Origin: a virus
Taxonomy: Duplodnaviria; Caudoviricetes
Virus record (IMG/VR): IMGVR_UViG_3300034106_000909
Coordinates: 1 to 58,566 of that record
Length of the DNA stretch: 58,566 nucleotides
Direction: 5' to 3' (one strand)
The notes below the pieces were generated by a model, which was not told where the DNA came from, did no database searches, and saw only the letters and a list, made by a program, of their open reading frames with translations. Position numbers and translations under genes: made by a program. Positions 1 through 9,020 of the stretch are shown here, piece after piece (position 1 is the stretch's first letter; the number at the start of each line of letters is the position of its first letter).

Positions 1-1
1 A

Positions 2-649
2 GACCTCATCAATCGGGTCGAGACTAAGATCAACAACATGCGCAAGGCAGAACGCGCAAACGACCTGCCTGACATTGACAAGAGCTACAGCATCGACGCA
101 AGCAAGCTCTACAACATAGGCTGCTGGGGCGCGGATCACGTCCACCTCATCGAGTCCATCCCCAAAGACTGGCTGAGCAAGTCTGTCGAAGCTAGCATCA
201 CCATCCACGGCTGGACCGACGAAGCCGTACAACTCAAGACCAGCGTGCGCTTCACCGGCATGACGTTCGCATACCAGCGACCCCGGGACAACTACTACAA
301 CAGGCAGGACTCCGAGCTGACGCTCGATGAAGTGCGCTCGTTCCCCGAGGAGACACCGGGCCGTGCCGAGCTGCTGCAACGCTGGGACGACGCCATCATC
401 GAGAGAGCCATCAACGCTCGATGGGGGAAGGTCAACACCGACATCACCGAGTTCCTGAACAAGTGCAAGTCGCTCAACGAGGCAGTCAAGCTGTTCCCCG
501 GTGTGCGTATGTACATCCACAGCGATGATATCGAGCGCCTAGACCGCAAGCTCGAGCGTCCTACACAGCGTGCCAAGATCGTTGAAGACGTAGACACCGA
601 GGGCCTTACAGCTGCAGCTATTGCAGCTAAGTTGGCAGCATCGGCATAA
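2..649 (+). CDS. Nmad5-like (nucleotide-modification-associated) phage protein, 5'-truncated at window edge
   Basis: Frame is open from position 2 (DLINRVETKINNMRK...); the C-terminal LNKCKSLNEAVKLFP resembles the Nmad5 motif. Confidence 0.55.
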   Translation, partial: DLINRVETKINNMRKAERANDLPDIDKSYSIDASKLYNIGCWGADHVHLIESIPKDWLSKSVEASITIHGWTDEAVQLKTSVRFTGMTFAYQRPRDNYYNRQDSELTLDEVRSFPEETPGRAELLQRWDDAIIERAINARWGKVNTDITEFLNKCKSLNEAVKLFPGVRMYIHSDDIERLDRKLERPTQRAKIVEDVDTEGLTAAAIAAKLAASA

Positions 650-662
650 CAGGAGATAAACC

Positions 663-851
663 ATGACAGACAAGATCACATACCCAACCATTCCCGTGGG
701 TCACCCCGACTACAAGTGGACGAGCGGCGCTGACGTGCAAGCCACATGGAGACGCTTCGGCTGGACGCCTCCGTTTGGTAATGCGTCCACACCTATTCCA
801 CCGAAAGAAGAGGTGATGCAAGTTACCCGTAAGTATTGGAGAGTCAAATGA
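663..851 (+). CDS. Hypothetical early protein
   Basis: AGGAG RBS; DVQATWRRFGW motif. Confidence 0.7.
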   Translation: MTDKITYPTIPVGHPDYKWTSGADVQATWRRFGWTPPFGNASTPIPPKEEVMQVTRKYWRVK

Positions 852-946
852 CATGGCCGTTCCCATCACAGCCACTTCCTAACAAACCGGGTGAACCCAA
901 GTTCAACCCAGACAACTACGAGGATGCACCACTATGTCACCAATAG
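848..946 (+). CDS. Small Pro-rich peptide (MTWPFPSQPLP...EDAPLCHQ, 32 aa)
   Basis: ATGA overlap with the upstream gene; fills the gap; translated by hand. Confidence 0.5.
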   Translation: MTWPFPSQPLPNKPGEPKFNPDNYEDAPLCHQ

Positions 947-1581
947 AGAGATTCGAGGCGCTTACCAAGCGCCAGCAAGATGAGATACTCGACAAGCACC
1001 GCCACTACAACACAGAGCACCTTGACTGGTGGGACGCAGTCTACGACGACTTCAAAGCTGACATGGACAAGGTCGGCATCGAGGTAGAGCGTATGTACTT
1101 CAGCGGCTTCTCATCACAAGGTGACGGCGCATGTTTCGAGGGTCGTGTGTATTCATGGGGAGACTTCTTGCCATCAATCTTACGCAACTGCCCAGCACTC
1201 ATATCGCTGGCTGAACAGGCTTGGAGCTTCCGAGTCCAACACCGGGGCCACTACTACCACGAGAACTGTACGTCGTTCTACTCTGACATGGCATGTCCAA
1301 GCGACTATTGCTACTCCGAGTTGGACGAGTTCGTCCATGCCTACAGCCCTTACAAGACAGAGATACAGGACGCAGTGTTTCTAACAATCTTGCAGGACTA
1401 CGATTACGACAAGCTGCATGATGAGTTCGAGGAAGCCTTCAAGGACCACATGCGTGACCTGTACAACAGACTAGAAGTTGAGTACGACGCGCTGACCTCG
1501 GACGAGTCCGTACTAGAAGCACTGCATGCCAACGACATGCTTGATGAAATCATTGATGAACTGGAGAACGAATATGCCTGA
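934..1581 (+). CDS. Acidic conserved phage protein (YFSGFSSQGDGA motif family)
   Basis: 215-aa ORF with GAGG RBS and a recognisable FSGFxSQGDGA motif. Confidence 0.75.
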   Translation: MSPIERFEALTKRQQDEILDKHRHYNTEHLDWWDAVYDDFKADMDKVGIEVERMYFSGFSSQGDGACFEGRVYSWGDFLPSILRNCPALISLAEQAWSFRVQHRGHYYHENCTSFYSDMACPSDYCYSELDEFVHAYSPYKTEIQDAVFLTILQDYDYDKLHDEFEEAFKDHMRDLYNRLEVEYDALTSDESVLEALHANDMLDEIIDELENEYA

Positions 1582-2056
1582 CTTGAAATCAGAACTGCAG
1601 AAACTCGCAGACCTTAAATTTGACGACGATGGAGACACCATGACAGTAATTACACTACCACCAGCAGTAGCTCGCCCAGATTCCTTGGGCGTATCAGAAA
1701 CATTCTTCAACATAATCAGGGACAATCCCGGGAGCACGAGATCGCAGTTAATTACGCTCGCACGCAAAGCCGGTATCAAAGACGCGTCGTCGTCATCACT
1801 GGTTGTGCAGTTCCTCAAGCGCGGCCTCATAAGAGCGCAAAAGAACGCCAGCGTGTCTGCATACTTCGCCGTGGGCAACAAATACATTAGCGGGTACATC
1901 CCCAAGAGCAAGCCTGTTGCAAAGGTGACACCTAAGCCAGCACCAGTGCCTGATAATGCCAAGCTCACAACGAGCGTGCCGCAGTTTCTGGACACACTGT
2001 CTATCGTGCAAGCCCGTGAGCTGTACGACGCACTCAAGAAAATCTTCGGAGGCTGA
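1574..2056 (+). CDS. Putative winged-helix DNA-binding protein
   Basis: GGAG RBS before MPDLKSEL; FNIIRDNPGSTRSQL...SSLVVQFLKRGLI is wHTH-like. Confidence 0.6.
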   Translation: MPDLKSELQKLADLKFDDDGDTMTVITLPPAVARPDSLGVSETFFNIIRDNPGSTRSQLITLARKAGIKDASSSSLVVQFLKRGLIRAQKNASVSAYFAVGNKYISGYIPKSKPVAKVTPKPAPVPDNAKLTTSVPQFLDTLSIVQARELYDALKKIFGG

Positions 2057-2058
2057 GC

Positions 2059-2376
2059 ATGAGCATGCACCTCGCACCCCTGCCAATCCCCGTCGAGCAA
2101 GCCTACGGCGGCGGCGACACGCTCAACATCCGCAAACTACAAGATTTCTGCGTGGTGACCAACAGCAACTTCAGGACAGTGGACGCCATGGTGGATAGCC
2201 TGCGAATGCGCCTAGATGAAGTCCGCGTTATCAACAAACAACTCACCCAGCTCCTCAACTGGATCGCGGTGACCAACCCACAGATACTCGATGAATTCCA
2301 AACCACCGCGACTGCCTTCGACAAACTCATTCCGCGAGACGCCGGAAGTGGCTATGTCCCGAGCGCAGCAACTTAA
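2059..2376 (+). CDS. Hypothetical protein
   Basis: GGAGG RBS; tightly packed in the operon. Confidence 0.7.
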   Translation: MSMHLAPLPIPVEQAYGGGDTLNIRKLQDFCVVTNSNFRTVDAMVDSLRMRLDEVRVINKQLTQLLNWIAVTNPQILDEFQTTATAFDKLIPRDAGSGYVPSAAT

Positions 2377-2482
2377 AACATGTGGCAAGTGCAGCAGCAA
2401 CGCAGAGTCCTTGGGTGGCGTGCAGATGCGCGACAAATGGTACTGCGCTAAGTGCTGGATCAAATACCTGAACAGGAAGTGA
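2354..2482 (+). CDS. Small Zn-finger protein (CxxC...CxxC)
   Basis: MSRAQQLKTCGKC...YCAKCW. Confidence 0.6.
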   Translation: MSRAQQLKTCGKCSSNAESLGGVQMRDKWYCAKCWIKYLNRK

Positions 2483-2483
2483 C

Positions 2484-2954
2484 ATGCGCAAACGCAGTAA
2501 ATACAGGCCCAAGCATGTATTACTTAACCCCATGGGGTTTGTGATGGAGAACCTATCTCCTGTGCGTTCACACACGTCGTTCATGGTTGACCTCAAGATC
2601 AAGAACCATGCAGCGATGGACTCCCTGACCAAGGGTTCGGCGACACGCCACGACATTGACATGCTCATCTCCATGGTGAACATGACTGAGGCGTTCGCTC
2701 GACTCGGCTTCGGTGACGCCTACAGCGATGTGGTGCTTGCTGGGTTGCAAGCCCTGCGGCATGTAGGTAAACGAGGTGCAGCATCTGACAGCTTTATCCT
2801 GAAGGCGTCAGAGATGAACGCACTGAACTCCGTGATGGAGCTGCATGACGCACAGATGGAGGTGGTGACTCTGAAAGATATGGACGCAGCCATTGCGCTT
2901 GTCCGCGAAGAGTACCGCTTGAAGAAGATGACACCTATTGTGGAGAAGACATGA
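2484..2954 (+). CDS. Conserved hypothetical phage protein (MRKRSKYRPK...)
   Basis: 156-aa ORF with RBS, packed in the operon. Confidence 0.8.
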   Translation: MRKRSKYRPKHVLLNPMGFVMENLSPVRSHTSFMVDLKIKNHAAMDSLTKGSATRHDIDMLISMVNMTEAFARLGFGDAYSDVVLAGLQALRHVGKRGAASDSFILKASEMNALNSVMELHDAQMEVVTLKDMDAAIALVREEYRLKKMTPIVEKT

Positions 2955-3043
2955 ACAACTGTGAGCACAACTGGCAGGCCATCTCTGGGCCGGGGATGTA
3001 CAAGTGCGCCCGGTGCGGCGCTTTTAGGAGGATTATCAAATGA
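2951..3043 (+). CDS. Tiny Zn-ribbon peptide (CxH...CxxC, 30 aa)
   Basis: MNNCEHNWQ...YKCARCG; GGAG RBS; ATGA overlaps at both ends. Confidence 0.6.
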   Translation: MNNCEHNWQAISGPGMYKCARCGAFRRIIK

Positions 3044-3150
3044 AAAACAAGCTGATCCTGATCGGCGGGGTGATTGCCTCTGCCGTGGTGTCCATCGCCC
3101 TGATGTGGGGTGTGTGGACGGGTATTGCTTATTTGATGGAGGCTGTATGA
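3040..3150 (+). CDS. Single-pass membrane peptide (36 aa)
   Basis: AGGAGG RBS; MKNKLILIGGVIASAVVSIALMWGVW. Confidence 0.65.
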   Translation: MKNKLILIGGVIASAVVSIALMWGVWTGIAYLMEAV

Positions 3151-3377
3151 GAGACACATTAGACATGGCCCGTGAAGCTGGCTTGTTGACTTGGCTGAAG
3201 CCGCCAGAAGATGTGATTGAACGATTCAAAGCCTTTGCCGATCTTGTCCGTGCTGATGAGCGTGAGGCGTGTGCAAAGGTGTGTGACGAACAAGCTTTCG
3301 AGTTATACGAAAGCAGGGCACACCACAAATGTGCTGAATATTTAGCTGAACAAATCCGAGCAAGGGGGAACATATGA
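3147..3377 (+). CDS. Hypothetical protein (EREACAKVC family)
   Basis: GGAGG RBS; ATGA overlap; MAREAG...EREACAKVCD motif. Confidence 0.7.
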   Translation: MRDTLDMAREAGLLTWLKPPEDVIERFKAFADLVRADEREACAKVCDEQAFELYESRAHHKCAEYLAEQIRARGNI

Positions 3378-3487
3378 AAGCACAGCCAACAACGAAGCAA
3401 CTTATTGAGATGCTGTACGAGCGACTGCCTGAATTGTTTGACCGACCACCCGCACAGCCAGCACCTGTGCAGGAGAAGAACGCATGA
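3374..3487 (+). CDS. Small hypothetical protein (37 aa)
   Basis: ATGA overlaps at both ends; translated by hand. Confidence 0.55.
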   Translation: MKAQPTTKQLIEMLYERLPELFDRPPAQPAPVQEKNA

Positions 3488-3720
3488 CACCAAAACAAGA
3501 AGAAGCGTTGCGGGATTACTTGCGTGAGGCTGTCGTGCCGCTGATTGAAGATGTGCTGACCAAGAAACTGGGGCAAGCCATGACATTTGCAAAAGAAGAA
3601 CTTGCACAGCCCAAACGTGAGTGGCAAGGGCTAACGGAGGATGAACGCGATACGATTTTAAGATCAGAGAGCAGCATCTTTGAAATGACTGAAGCTATTT
3701 TGAAAGCGAAAAACACATGA
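3484..3720 (+). CDS. Hypothetical protein (REWQGLTEDE family)
   Basis: AGGAG RBS; translational coupling. Confidence 0.7.
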   Translation: MTPKQEEALRDYLREAVVPLIEDVLTKKLGQAMTFAKEELAQPKREWQGLTEDERDTILRSESSIFEMTEAILKAKNT

Positions 3721-3908
3721 CCCCCGAAGAACGTGAGAAGGCCATCAAGCGCAAGCCGTGGAAGTTCTGCCGCAAGTGCAAGTGCGACATCAAATCGCCC
3801 ACGCAATACTGTTATGACTGCTACAAGGGTCATAACTTTACCGCCAGCCCCTACGGGCTTATCAACGCAAACAAGGCGTTTAAATTTGTACCCTCGGAGA
3901 ACAGATGA
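3717..3908 (+). CDS. Small Zn-finger protein
   Basis: CRKC...CYDC; ATGA overlap. Confidence 0.65.
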   Translation: MTPEEREKAIKRKPWKFCRKCKCDIKSPTQYCYDCYKGHNFTASPYGLINANKAFKFVPSENR

Positions 3909-4114
3909 AAACAGCATTTGAAATTATTGAAGCTAACGGCTTGACCCTGCATGGCGACATTGAACACTTTGCCGAGCTGGTGCGTGAAGACGAGCGCAAA
4001 CGAGTAACTAACATGTTGCTGTATATGCACAACAAAGCAGCGCCGTACCACAACTACTACAAACACGCGGCGATTGAATTGAACCGTAAAACTGGTGAAG
4101 GGGAATTAGTATGA
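3905..4114 (+). CDS. Hypothetical protein
   Basis: GGAG RBS; ATGA overlap. Confidence 0.65.
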   Translation: MKTAFEIIEANGLTLHGDIEHFAELVREDERKRVTNMLLYMHNKAAPYHNYYKHAAIELNRKTGEGELV

Positions 4115-4437
4115 CTGCATCCTTATACAACTGTGGACACTGCGGTAGACCACAAATCGTGGGTAGCCCTTGCCTGTGCTGGAGGCAGGGCAACGAGATG
4201 ATCTCCATTGAAAAGCTGGGCGTAGCGATCAGCGATTTTATCGGCCAACACGAACTGATGTGGTCTGACGCTTTGGTTGAGGCGTGGCAGGAGGCAGAAG
4301 CTGACTACACGGATGAGATGACCCGCGCAATGGCACAGCCAGCAGTCCCCGATGCCATCACCGACACCAGCGAGACCCCTGAGTACATCCAAGGCTGGAA
4401 CGACTGCCGCGCAGAGATGCTACAAGGTAAAAAATAA
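4111..4437 (+). CDS. Hypothetical protein (C-terminal GWNDCRAEML motif)
   Basis: Coupled ORF; may start at the internal Met at 4198. Confidence 0.65.
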   Translation: MTASLYNCGHCGRPQIVGSPCLCWRQGNEMISIEKLGVAISDFIGQHELMWSDALVEAWQEAEADYTDEMTRAMAQPAVPDAITDTSETPEYIQGWNDCRAEMLQGKK

Positions 4438-4558
4438 CGGGGCAAAAACGACCCACGAAGCCCATCGCGGTAAAAGCTGCAATGCCATCGAAACTCAGGC
4501 CCCGCGTTTCATCTGGGGACGAATTGCAGAAACGGGCATCACCACTAAAGGAGCACAC

Positions 4559-4684
4559 ATGAACTGCAAACACCGCTGGGAGCCAAGCAACTTCGGCATC
4601 AAATGGCGCACACCCGGCCACTACATTTTTGAATGCAAGCGATGCGGAAAAAGCATCTTTGCGACACTGAAGGAGAAGACATGA
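4559..4684 (+). CDS. Tiny Zn-ribbon protein (CxH...CxxC)
   Basis: AAAGGAG RBS; MNCKHRWE...FECKRCG. Confidence 0.7.
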   Translation: MNCKHRWEPSNFGIKWRTPGHYIFECKRCGKSIFATLKEKT

Positions 4685-4821
4685 GAGCACTGATCGACTA
4701 CATCAAAAAGCTGTTTGCCCGTGTGCCTCCTGCGGTCACAGATGAGCACTGTCCGTACTGCCGAGGCTTGGGCTACGACAGCAGCGGGTGGACTTGCTCA
4801 TGTTTGAGGGAGAAGAAATGA
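4681..4821 (+). CDS. Small Cys-rich protein (CxxCxGxG)
   Basis: AAGGAG RBS; HCPYCRGLG...CSC. Confidence 0.65.
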   Translation: MRALIDYIKKLFARVPPAVTDEHCPYCRGLGYDSSGWTCSCLREKK

Positions 4822-5006
4822 AACGAGACATCAAAGCATGGGCCGTCAAGATAAACGGCAGGAGTTTTATGCTTGGAACCGATGGCCTGCCAATGCTGTG
4901 GAGGGTCAGGGTGCCTGCGTTTGAAACGTCCATGACTGTCAAGCACTTTCGCAACATCAAAGCCAAACCAATCCGCGTCAGAGTACGCGTAGAGGAGATC
5001 GAATGA
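4818..5006 (+). CDS. Hypothetical protein
   Basis: GGAG RBS; ATGA overlap. Confidence 0.65.
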   Translation: MKRDIKAWAVKINGRSFMLGTDGLPMLWRVRVPAFETSMTVKHFRNIKAKPIRVRVRVEEIE

Positions 5007-5287
5007 ACTGGACTACAGAAGAGGAGGAAGCCATGCAGCAGATGTTGAGTAATGGCGTTAATGGTACGAGTGCCCTCGACGTGCAGGTCGCAGGCAACCA
5101 CTACAAAGACTTAGCCATTCAACCTGTGGAGTACATCCACGCCAACGGCATCGGGTACTTCGAGGGCAACGTCATCAAGTACGTATCACGTTGGAGAGCG
5201 AAGAACGGCATCAAAGACTTGGAGAAAGCCAAGCACTACATTGAACTACTAATTGAACTGGAGACACGCACATGTTCGACTCCCTAA
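5003..5287 (+). CDS. DUF3310 / SaV-like protein (T7 gp1.7 nucleotide-kinase-like)
   Basis: QVAGNHY...GNVIKYVSRWRAKNGIKDLEKAKHY signature. Confidence 0.88.
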   Translation: MNWTTEEEEAMQQMLSNGVNGTSALDVQVAGNHYKDLAIQPVEYIHANGIGYFEGNVIKYVSRWRAKNGIKDLEKAKHYIELLIELETRTCSTP

Positions 5288-5574
5288 CACACGCTTTATT
5301 CGGTAACAACATGGTTAGCGGCCAGCTGGGTATAGCCAGCAGCGGAAACATAGCCCAGCAGTACACCAACGCAATCGTGCAAAAAGAACAATTGGCCAAA
5401 TCCAAAAAACTGTTTCACGGCACCGTCGAGGTGTTGCAAGTGTCCAACGGTTACATCGTCAACATCGGGCGCAAAGAGGGCTATGAGTACGAGACGTACA
5501 TAGCCGACACCATCACTGACGTGAACGAGCGCATCGCCGCCGCTATCGTCGCCTTCCAACTGGAGAACACATGA
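5272..5574 (+). CDS. Hypothetical protein
   Basis: GGAG RBS; 100 aa. Confidence 0.7.
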   Translation: MFDSLTHALFGNNMVSGQLGIASSGNIAQQYTNAIVQKEQLAKSKKLFHGTVEVLQVSNGYIVNIGRKEGYEYETYIADTITDVNERIAAAIVAFQLENT

Positions 5575-5873
5575 GTATCAAACAATGGTTCCGTAACTGG
5601 ATGCTAACCGACGACAGCGAGCCCGTAAAAGCAAACTGGGCATCGCAGCCGTCAATTCTCAAGGGTAGTGTGCAAGACCACATAGAGTCGGAGGCAGCAC
5701 AGATGACCTTTGCCATCATCAAAGCCATGAACGGTCGCATCATCAAAGTATCGTCATACAAGCCGCAAAATCGCGGGCCTGACTGGCATCACGAGCTCTA
5801 TATCGTCAAGGACGATGAGAAAATCCCAGACGTGATTGCAAGAATCATGGCCATCAAAGCATTGGAGAGTTAA
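5571..5873 (+). CDS. Hypothetical protein, probable paralog of the upstream gene
   Basis: Shared NG-x-I-x-x-[IV] ... YI ... IA ... LE C-terminal layout. Confidence 0.7.
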   Translation: MSIKQWFRNWMLTDDSEPVKANWASQPSILKGSVQDHIESEAAQMTFAIIKAMNGRIIKVSSYKPQNRGPDWHHELYIVKDDEKIPDVIARIMAIKALES

Positions 5874-6314
5874 ATGAGCGCAGACCAGATCGAGCTGTGG
5901 CACAAACGTGCCAGACCTAAGCCAACAGAGGCAGACTTCAACGTGCAGCTTGGCTGTCACCTCGAGGAGGTAGTTGAGATGTTTGAGGCCTTTCAGTTAG
6001 ACAACGAAGACGACGAACGCTTCCGACTAGGGCTTCGCTTAGCCCTGCACAACATGGCCGACGCACTCAAGAAAAACATAGTTGTTGCACAAATCACTGA
6101 CCGCAAAGAGTTCCTTGACTCACTGGCCGATCAAGTCGTTACCGCTGTCGGCGTTGGATACTGCGCTGGCATGAAGACCTCCGACGCGGTTGCTGCTGTG
6201 AACCGTAGCAACTACAGCAAGTTCGACAAGAACGGCTACCCCATCTTCAACGAGCAGGGCAAGATCGCCAAGGGGCCTGACTATGCACCACCAAACTTGG
6301 AAGGCCTGTACTGA
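5874..6314 (+). CDS. MazG-like NTP pyrophosphohydrolase
   Basis: EEVVE and DSLAD acidic motifs; SNYSK...GKIAKGPDY tail. Confidence 0.85.
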   Translation: MSADQIELWHKRARPKPTEADFNVQLGCHLEEVVEMFEAFQLDNEDDERFRLGLRLALHNMADALKKNIVVAQITDRKEFLDSLADQVVTAVGVGYCAGMKTSDAVAAVNRSNYSKFDKNGYPIFNEQGKIAKGPDYAPPNLEGLY

Positions 6315-8269
6315 TGACCCCCATATACATCGACTTTGAATCGTTCTGGAGCACCGAGCACACGCTCAGTCGCATGTCTCCAACCGAGTACGTTATGCAC
6401 CCTGACACGGAGATCATCTCTGTGGCTATCAAGGTGGGCAATGCACCGACCTATGTGCTGTTCGGTGAGCAGAACATTAGAGATCATCTCCAGTCTATTG
6501 ACTGGTCAAACGCTATGGCTATCGGCCACAACATGTCGGGCTTTGACTCCATGATCCTCGCATGGCGCATGGGTGTGAACCCCAAGATGTACGGCTGCAC
6601 TGCTGCCATGGCAAGGCCCAAATACTCCAAGACCAGTGCGCTTGTAAACGGCAAGTCACTGACGGGCGTATCGCTCAAGAAGCTGGCCGTCGAACTGAAG
6701 GTCGGCGCTAAGCTGGACCTCGAGGCTACCAACACCAAGGGTAAACACCTATGTGACTTCAGCGAAGACGAGCTGGCTCAGATGGAAGACTACAACAAGG
6801 TGGACACAGACTTGTGTGCGGCTATCTTCAAGAAGCTACACCCCACGTTCCCCAAGCAGGAGTTACTGCAGATCGACATGACCACACGCATGCTGGTCGA
6901 GCCCAAGTTCTTGCTGAACTACGCAATGGTGGACAAAGCGCTGGAAGACGTGAAGGAAGAAAAACGACGTTCACTGCTGGAGCTTGCCCAAACTTTGGGT
7001 GTAGCCGAGTACGCCGCCAACACGCTTGAGCATGGCACAACCATCGAAGAGCAAGTTCGCACTGAGTTAGCCAGTTCTGCCAAGTTCGGAGCACTGCTGG
7101 CCAAGCTCGGCGTTGAGACCCCGATGAAGCAATCGCCGACCAACCCTGAGAAGATGACGCCTGCACTGGCCAAGACAGACGATGGGTTTATCGCCTTGCA
7201 GAGCCATGAGAACCCTGTTGTAGCTGCGGCTGCCTGTGCCAGACTCGAGGTCAAGTCCACCCTGCTGGAGACCCGACTGCAAGCGTTCCTCAGAGCCGCC
7301 GATGCGTGTGATGGCAGACTACCTGTACCGCTGAAATACTGTGGCGCGGATACAACAGGTCGCTGGTCTGGTGAGCAGTACAACATGCAGAACCTACCGC
7401 GCATCGACCCAAAGAAACCCAAGCCGTCCGACGCCTTGCGTATGTCACTGAAGGCACCCAAGGGACATAAGATCATCGTGGCTGACTTGTCTGGTATTGA
7501 GTTGCGGGTCAATATGTTTCTGTGGAAAGTCCCGTACGCCATGGAGTTATTCACCTCAAGCCCTGACAAGGCTGACTTGTACCGATATTTTGCAGCGCAT
7601 GACCTGTACGACATCACCGAAGACGAAGTCACGAAGAACCAGCGGCAGGTGGGTAAGGTCGCTCACTTGGGCCTAGGCTTTGGGGCTGGCGGCGCTACGT
7701 TCCAGAAGGTAGCCAAGCTGATGGGCGGCATCGACCTGTCACTGGAAGAAGCCACTGACGTGGTGAACAAGTACCGTGACGCTCATGGTGAGATCGTCAA
7801 CGGCTGGAAGCAGTTCCAGAACAACCTGACCAACATCCGCCAAGGTATCGAGGCATCCATCGACCCGTGGGACATGTGCCAAGTGGAGCATGAGGCTGTG
7901 CGCTTACCGTCCGGTCGTCGCATCTACTACCCGTCACTGGTCAAGCAGAACGAGAACGGCAAGCACGAATGGTGGTACGGCAACGGCAGGTCTAAGGCCC
8001 GCATCTACGCCGGGAAGGGCGTTGAGAACTTGGTGCAGGCACTGGCCCGTGACGTCATCGCTGAGCATGCTGTGCGGTTCTACAAGGACACTGGCTTGCG
8101 CCCATCGTTGGCTGTCCATGATGAGTTGGTTTACGTCGTGCAAGACAAAGAGGCGCAGCAAAACCTCGATCATTTGCAGGGCATCATGCGCCAAGGCGTG
8201 TCGTGGTGGCCAGAGCTCGTGACTTGGTCTGAGGGTGACATTGCGGATTGCTACGGCGAGGCAAAATAA
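6314..8269 (+). CDS. polA: Family A DNA polymerase with 3'-5' exonuclease domain
   Basis: ExoI IDFES; TGRWS; motif A DLSGIELR; motif B RQVGKVAHLGLGFG; motif C VHDE. Confidence 0.95.
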   Translation: MTPIYIDFESFWSTEHTLSRMSPTEYVMHPDTEIISVAIKVGNAPTYVLFGEQNIRDHLQSIDWSNAMAIGHNMSGFDSMILAWRMGVNPKMYGCTAAMARPKYSKTSALVNGKSLTGVSLKKLAVELKVGAKLDLEATNTKGKHLCDFSEDELAQMEDYNKVDTDLCAAIFKKLHPTFPKQELLQIDMTTRMLVEPKFLLNYAMVDKALEDVKEEKRRSLLELAQTLGVAEYAANTLEHGTTIEEQVRTELASSAKFGALLAKLGVETPMKQSPTNPEKMTPALAKTDDGFIALQSHENPVVAAAACARLEVKSTLLETRLQAFLRAADACDGRLPVPLKYCGADTTGRWSGEQYNMQNLPRIDPKKPKPSDALRMSLKAPKGHKIIVADLSGIELRVNMFLWKVPYAMELFTSSPDKADLYRYFAAHDLYDITEDEVTKNQRQVGKVAHLGLGFGAGGATFQKVAKLMGGIDLSLEEATDVVNKYRDAHGEIVNGWKQFQNNLTNIRQGIEASIDPWDMCQVEHEAVRLPSGRRIYYPSLVKQNENGKHEWWYGNGRSKARIYAGKGVENLVQALARDVIAEHAVRFYKDTGLRPSLAVHDELVYVVQDKEAQQNLDHLQGIMRQGVSWWPELVTWSEGDIADCYGEAK

Positions 8270-8271
8270 TG

Positions 8272-8299
8272 TTGACAGCACTCACCATGCTGCTACCAT
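8272..8299 (+). promoter_or_regulatory. Sigma70-type promoter
   Basis: TTGACA-16 nt-TACCAT with TGn extension, in an intergenic gap. Confidence 0.65.
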
Positions 8300-8363
8300 A
8301 GAGCCACGAACAAAAAGCCCCAACGTCGAATGACGCATTGGGGCACAACCGCATTGGAACAAC

Positions 8364-9020
8364 ATGACAAACCCGGCTTGGACGTACAGCCAACTCGACA
8401 CATTCGAGACGTGCCCGCGTAAGTTCTACCACCTCAAGGTCAAGCGCGATATCGTTGAGCCGCCTACCGTATACACTGAGTGGGGTACACGAGTTCACAC
8501 CGCGTTCGAGGACTTCATCAAGGACGGCGTCATGCTGCCCGAAGGTATGGAGCAGTGGCAGAAGCTGGCATTCAAGCTGGCCAAACTGCCCGGTGCAAAG
8601 CTGTGCGAACAGGCATACGCACTCGACCGTAACTTCCAGCCTACAGAGTGGAGCGGTTCATGGACTCGCGGCATCGCTGACTTGGTTGTGCTTCATGGCG
8701 ACAAGGCCATCGTCGCAGATTACAAGACCGGAAAGCGCAAGCCCACAGAGCAGCTCGACTTGTATGCCAACTATGTGTTTGCCCACCACCCAGAGATCAA
8801 CAAAGTTACCACGGGCTTCATTTGGCTCAAGGAAAAGAAGATCGACTGGACGCCACGCGAACGCTCTGAGGTGCCCATCATTTGGCAGAACTTTGTACCC
8901 CGTGTAAACAAGCTGGAGTCAGCCTACGAAAGAGACAGGTGGCCAGCCAAAACGTCAGGGCTGTGTAAGGCTTGGTGCCCAGTATTGAGCTGTGAATTCA
9001 ACGGAAGGAAAAACACATGA
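8364..9020 (+). CDS. PD-(D/E)XK (Cas4/RecB-like) exonuclease
   Basis: CPRKF...GTRVH...GIAD...DYKTG plus C-terminal CxxxCxxxxC. Confidence 0.9.
   Translation: MTNPAWTYSQLDTFETCPRKFYHLKVKRDIVEPPTVYTEWGTRVHTAFEDFIKDGVMLPEGMEQWQKLAFKLAKLPGAKLCEQAYALDRNFQPTEWSGSWTRGIADLVVLHGDKAIVADYKTGKRKPTEQLDLYANYVFAHHPEINKVTTGFIWLKEKKIDWTPRERSEVPIIWQNFVPRVNKLESAYERDRWPAKTSGLCKAWCPVLSCEFNGRKNT

Noticed and set aside
4460-4540. Hammerhead ribozyme
   Set aside because: No properly placed CUGANGA/GAAA core on either strand
5003-8269. Modified-base (e.g. dZ) pathway suggested by MazG, DUF3310 and Nmad5
   Set aside because: No PurZ, DatZ, thymidylate-synthase-like or queuosine-pathway genes present
8364-9020. Cas4 as part of a CRISPR system
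   Set aside because: Stand-alone Cas4-like nucleases are routine in phage replication modules
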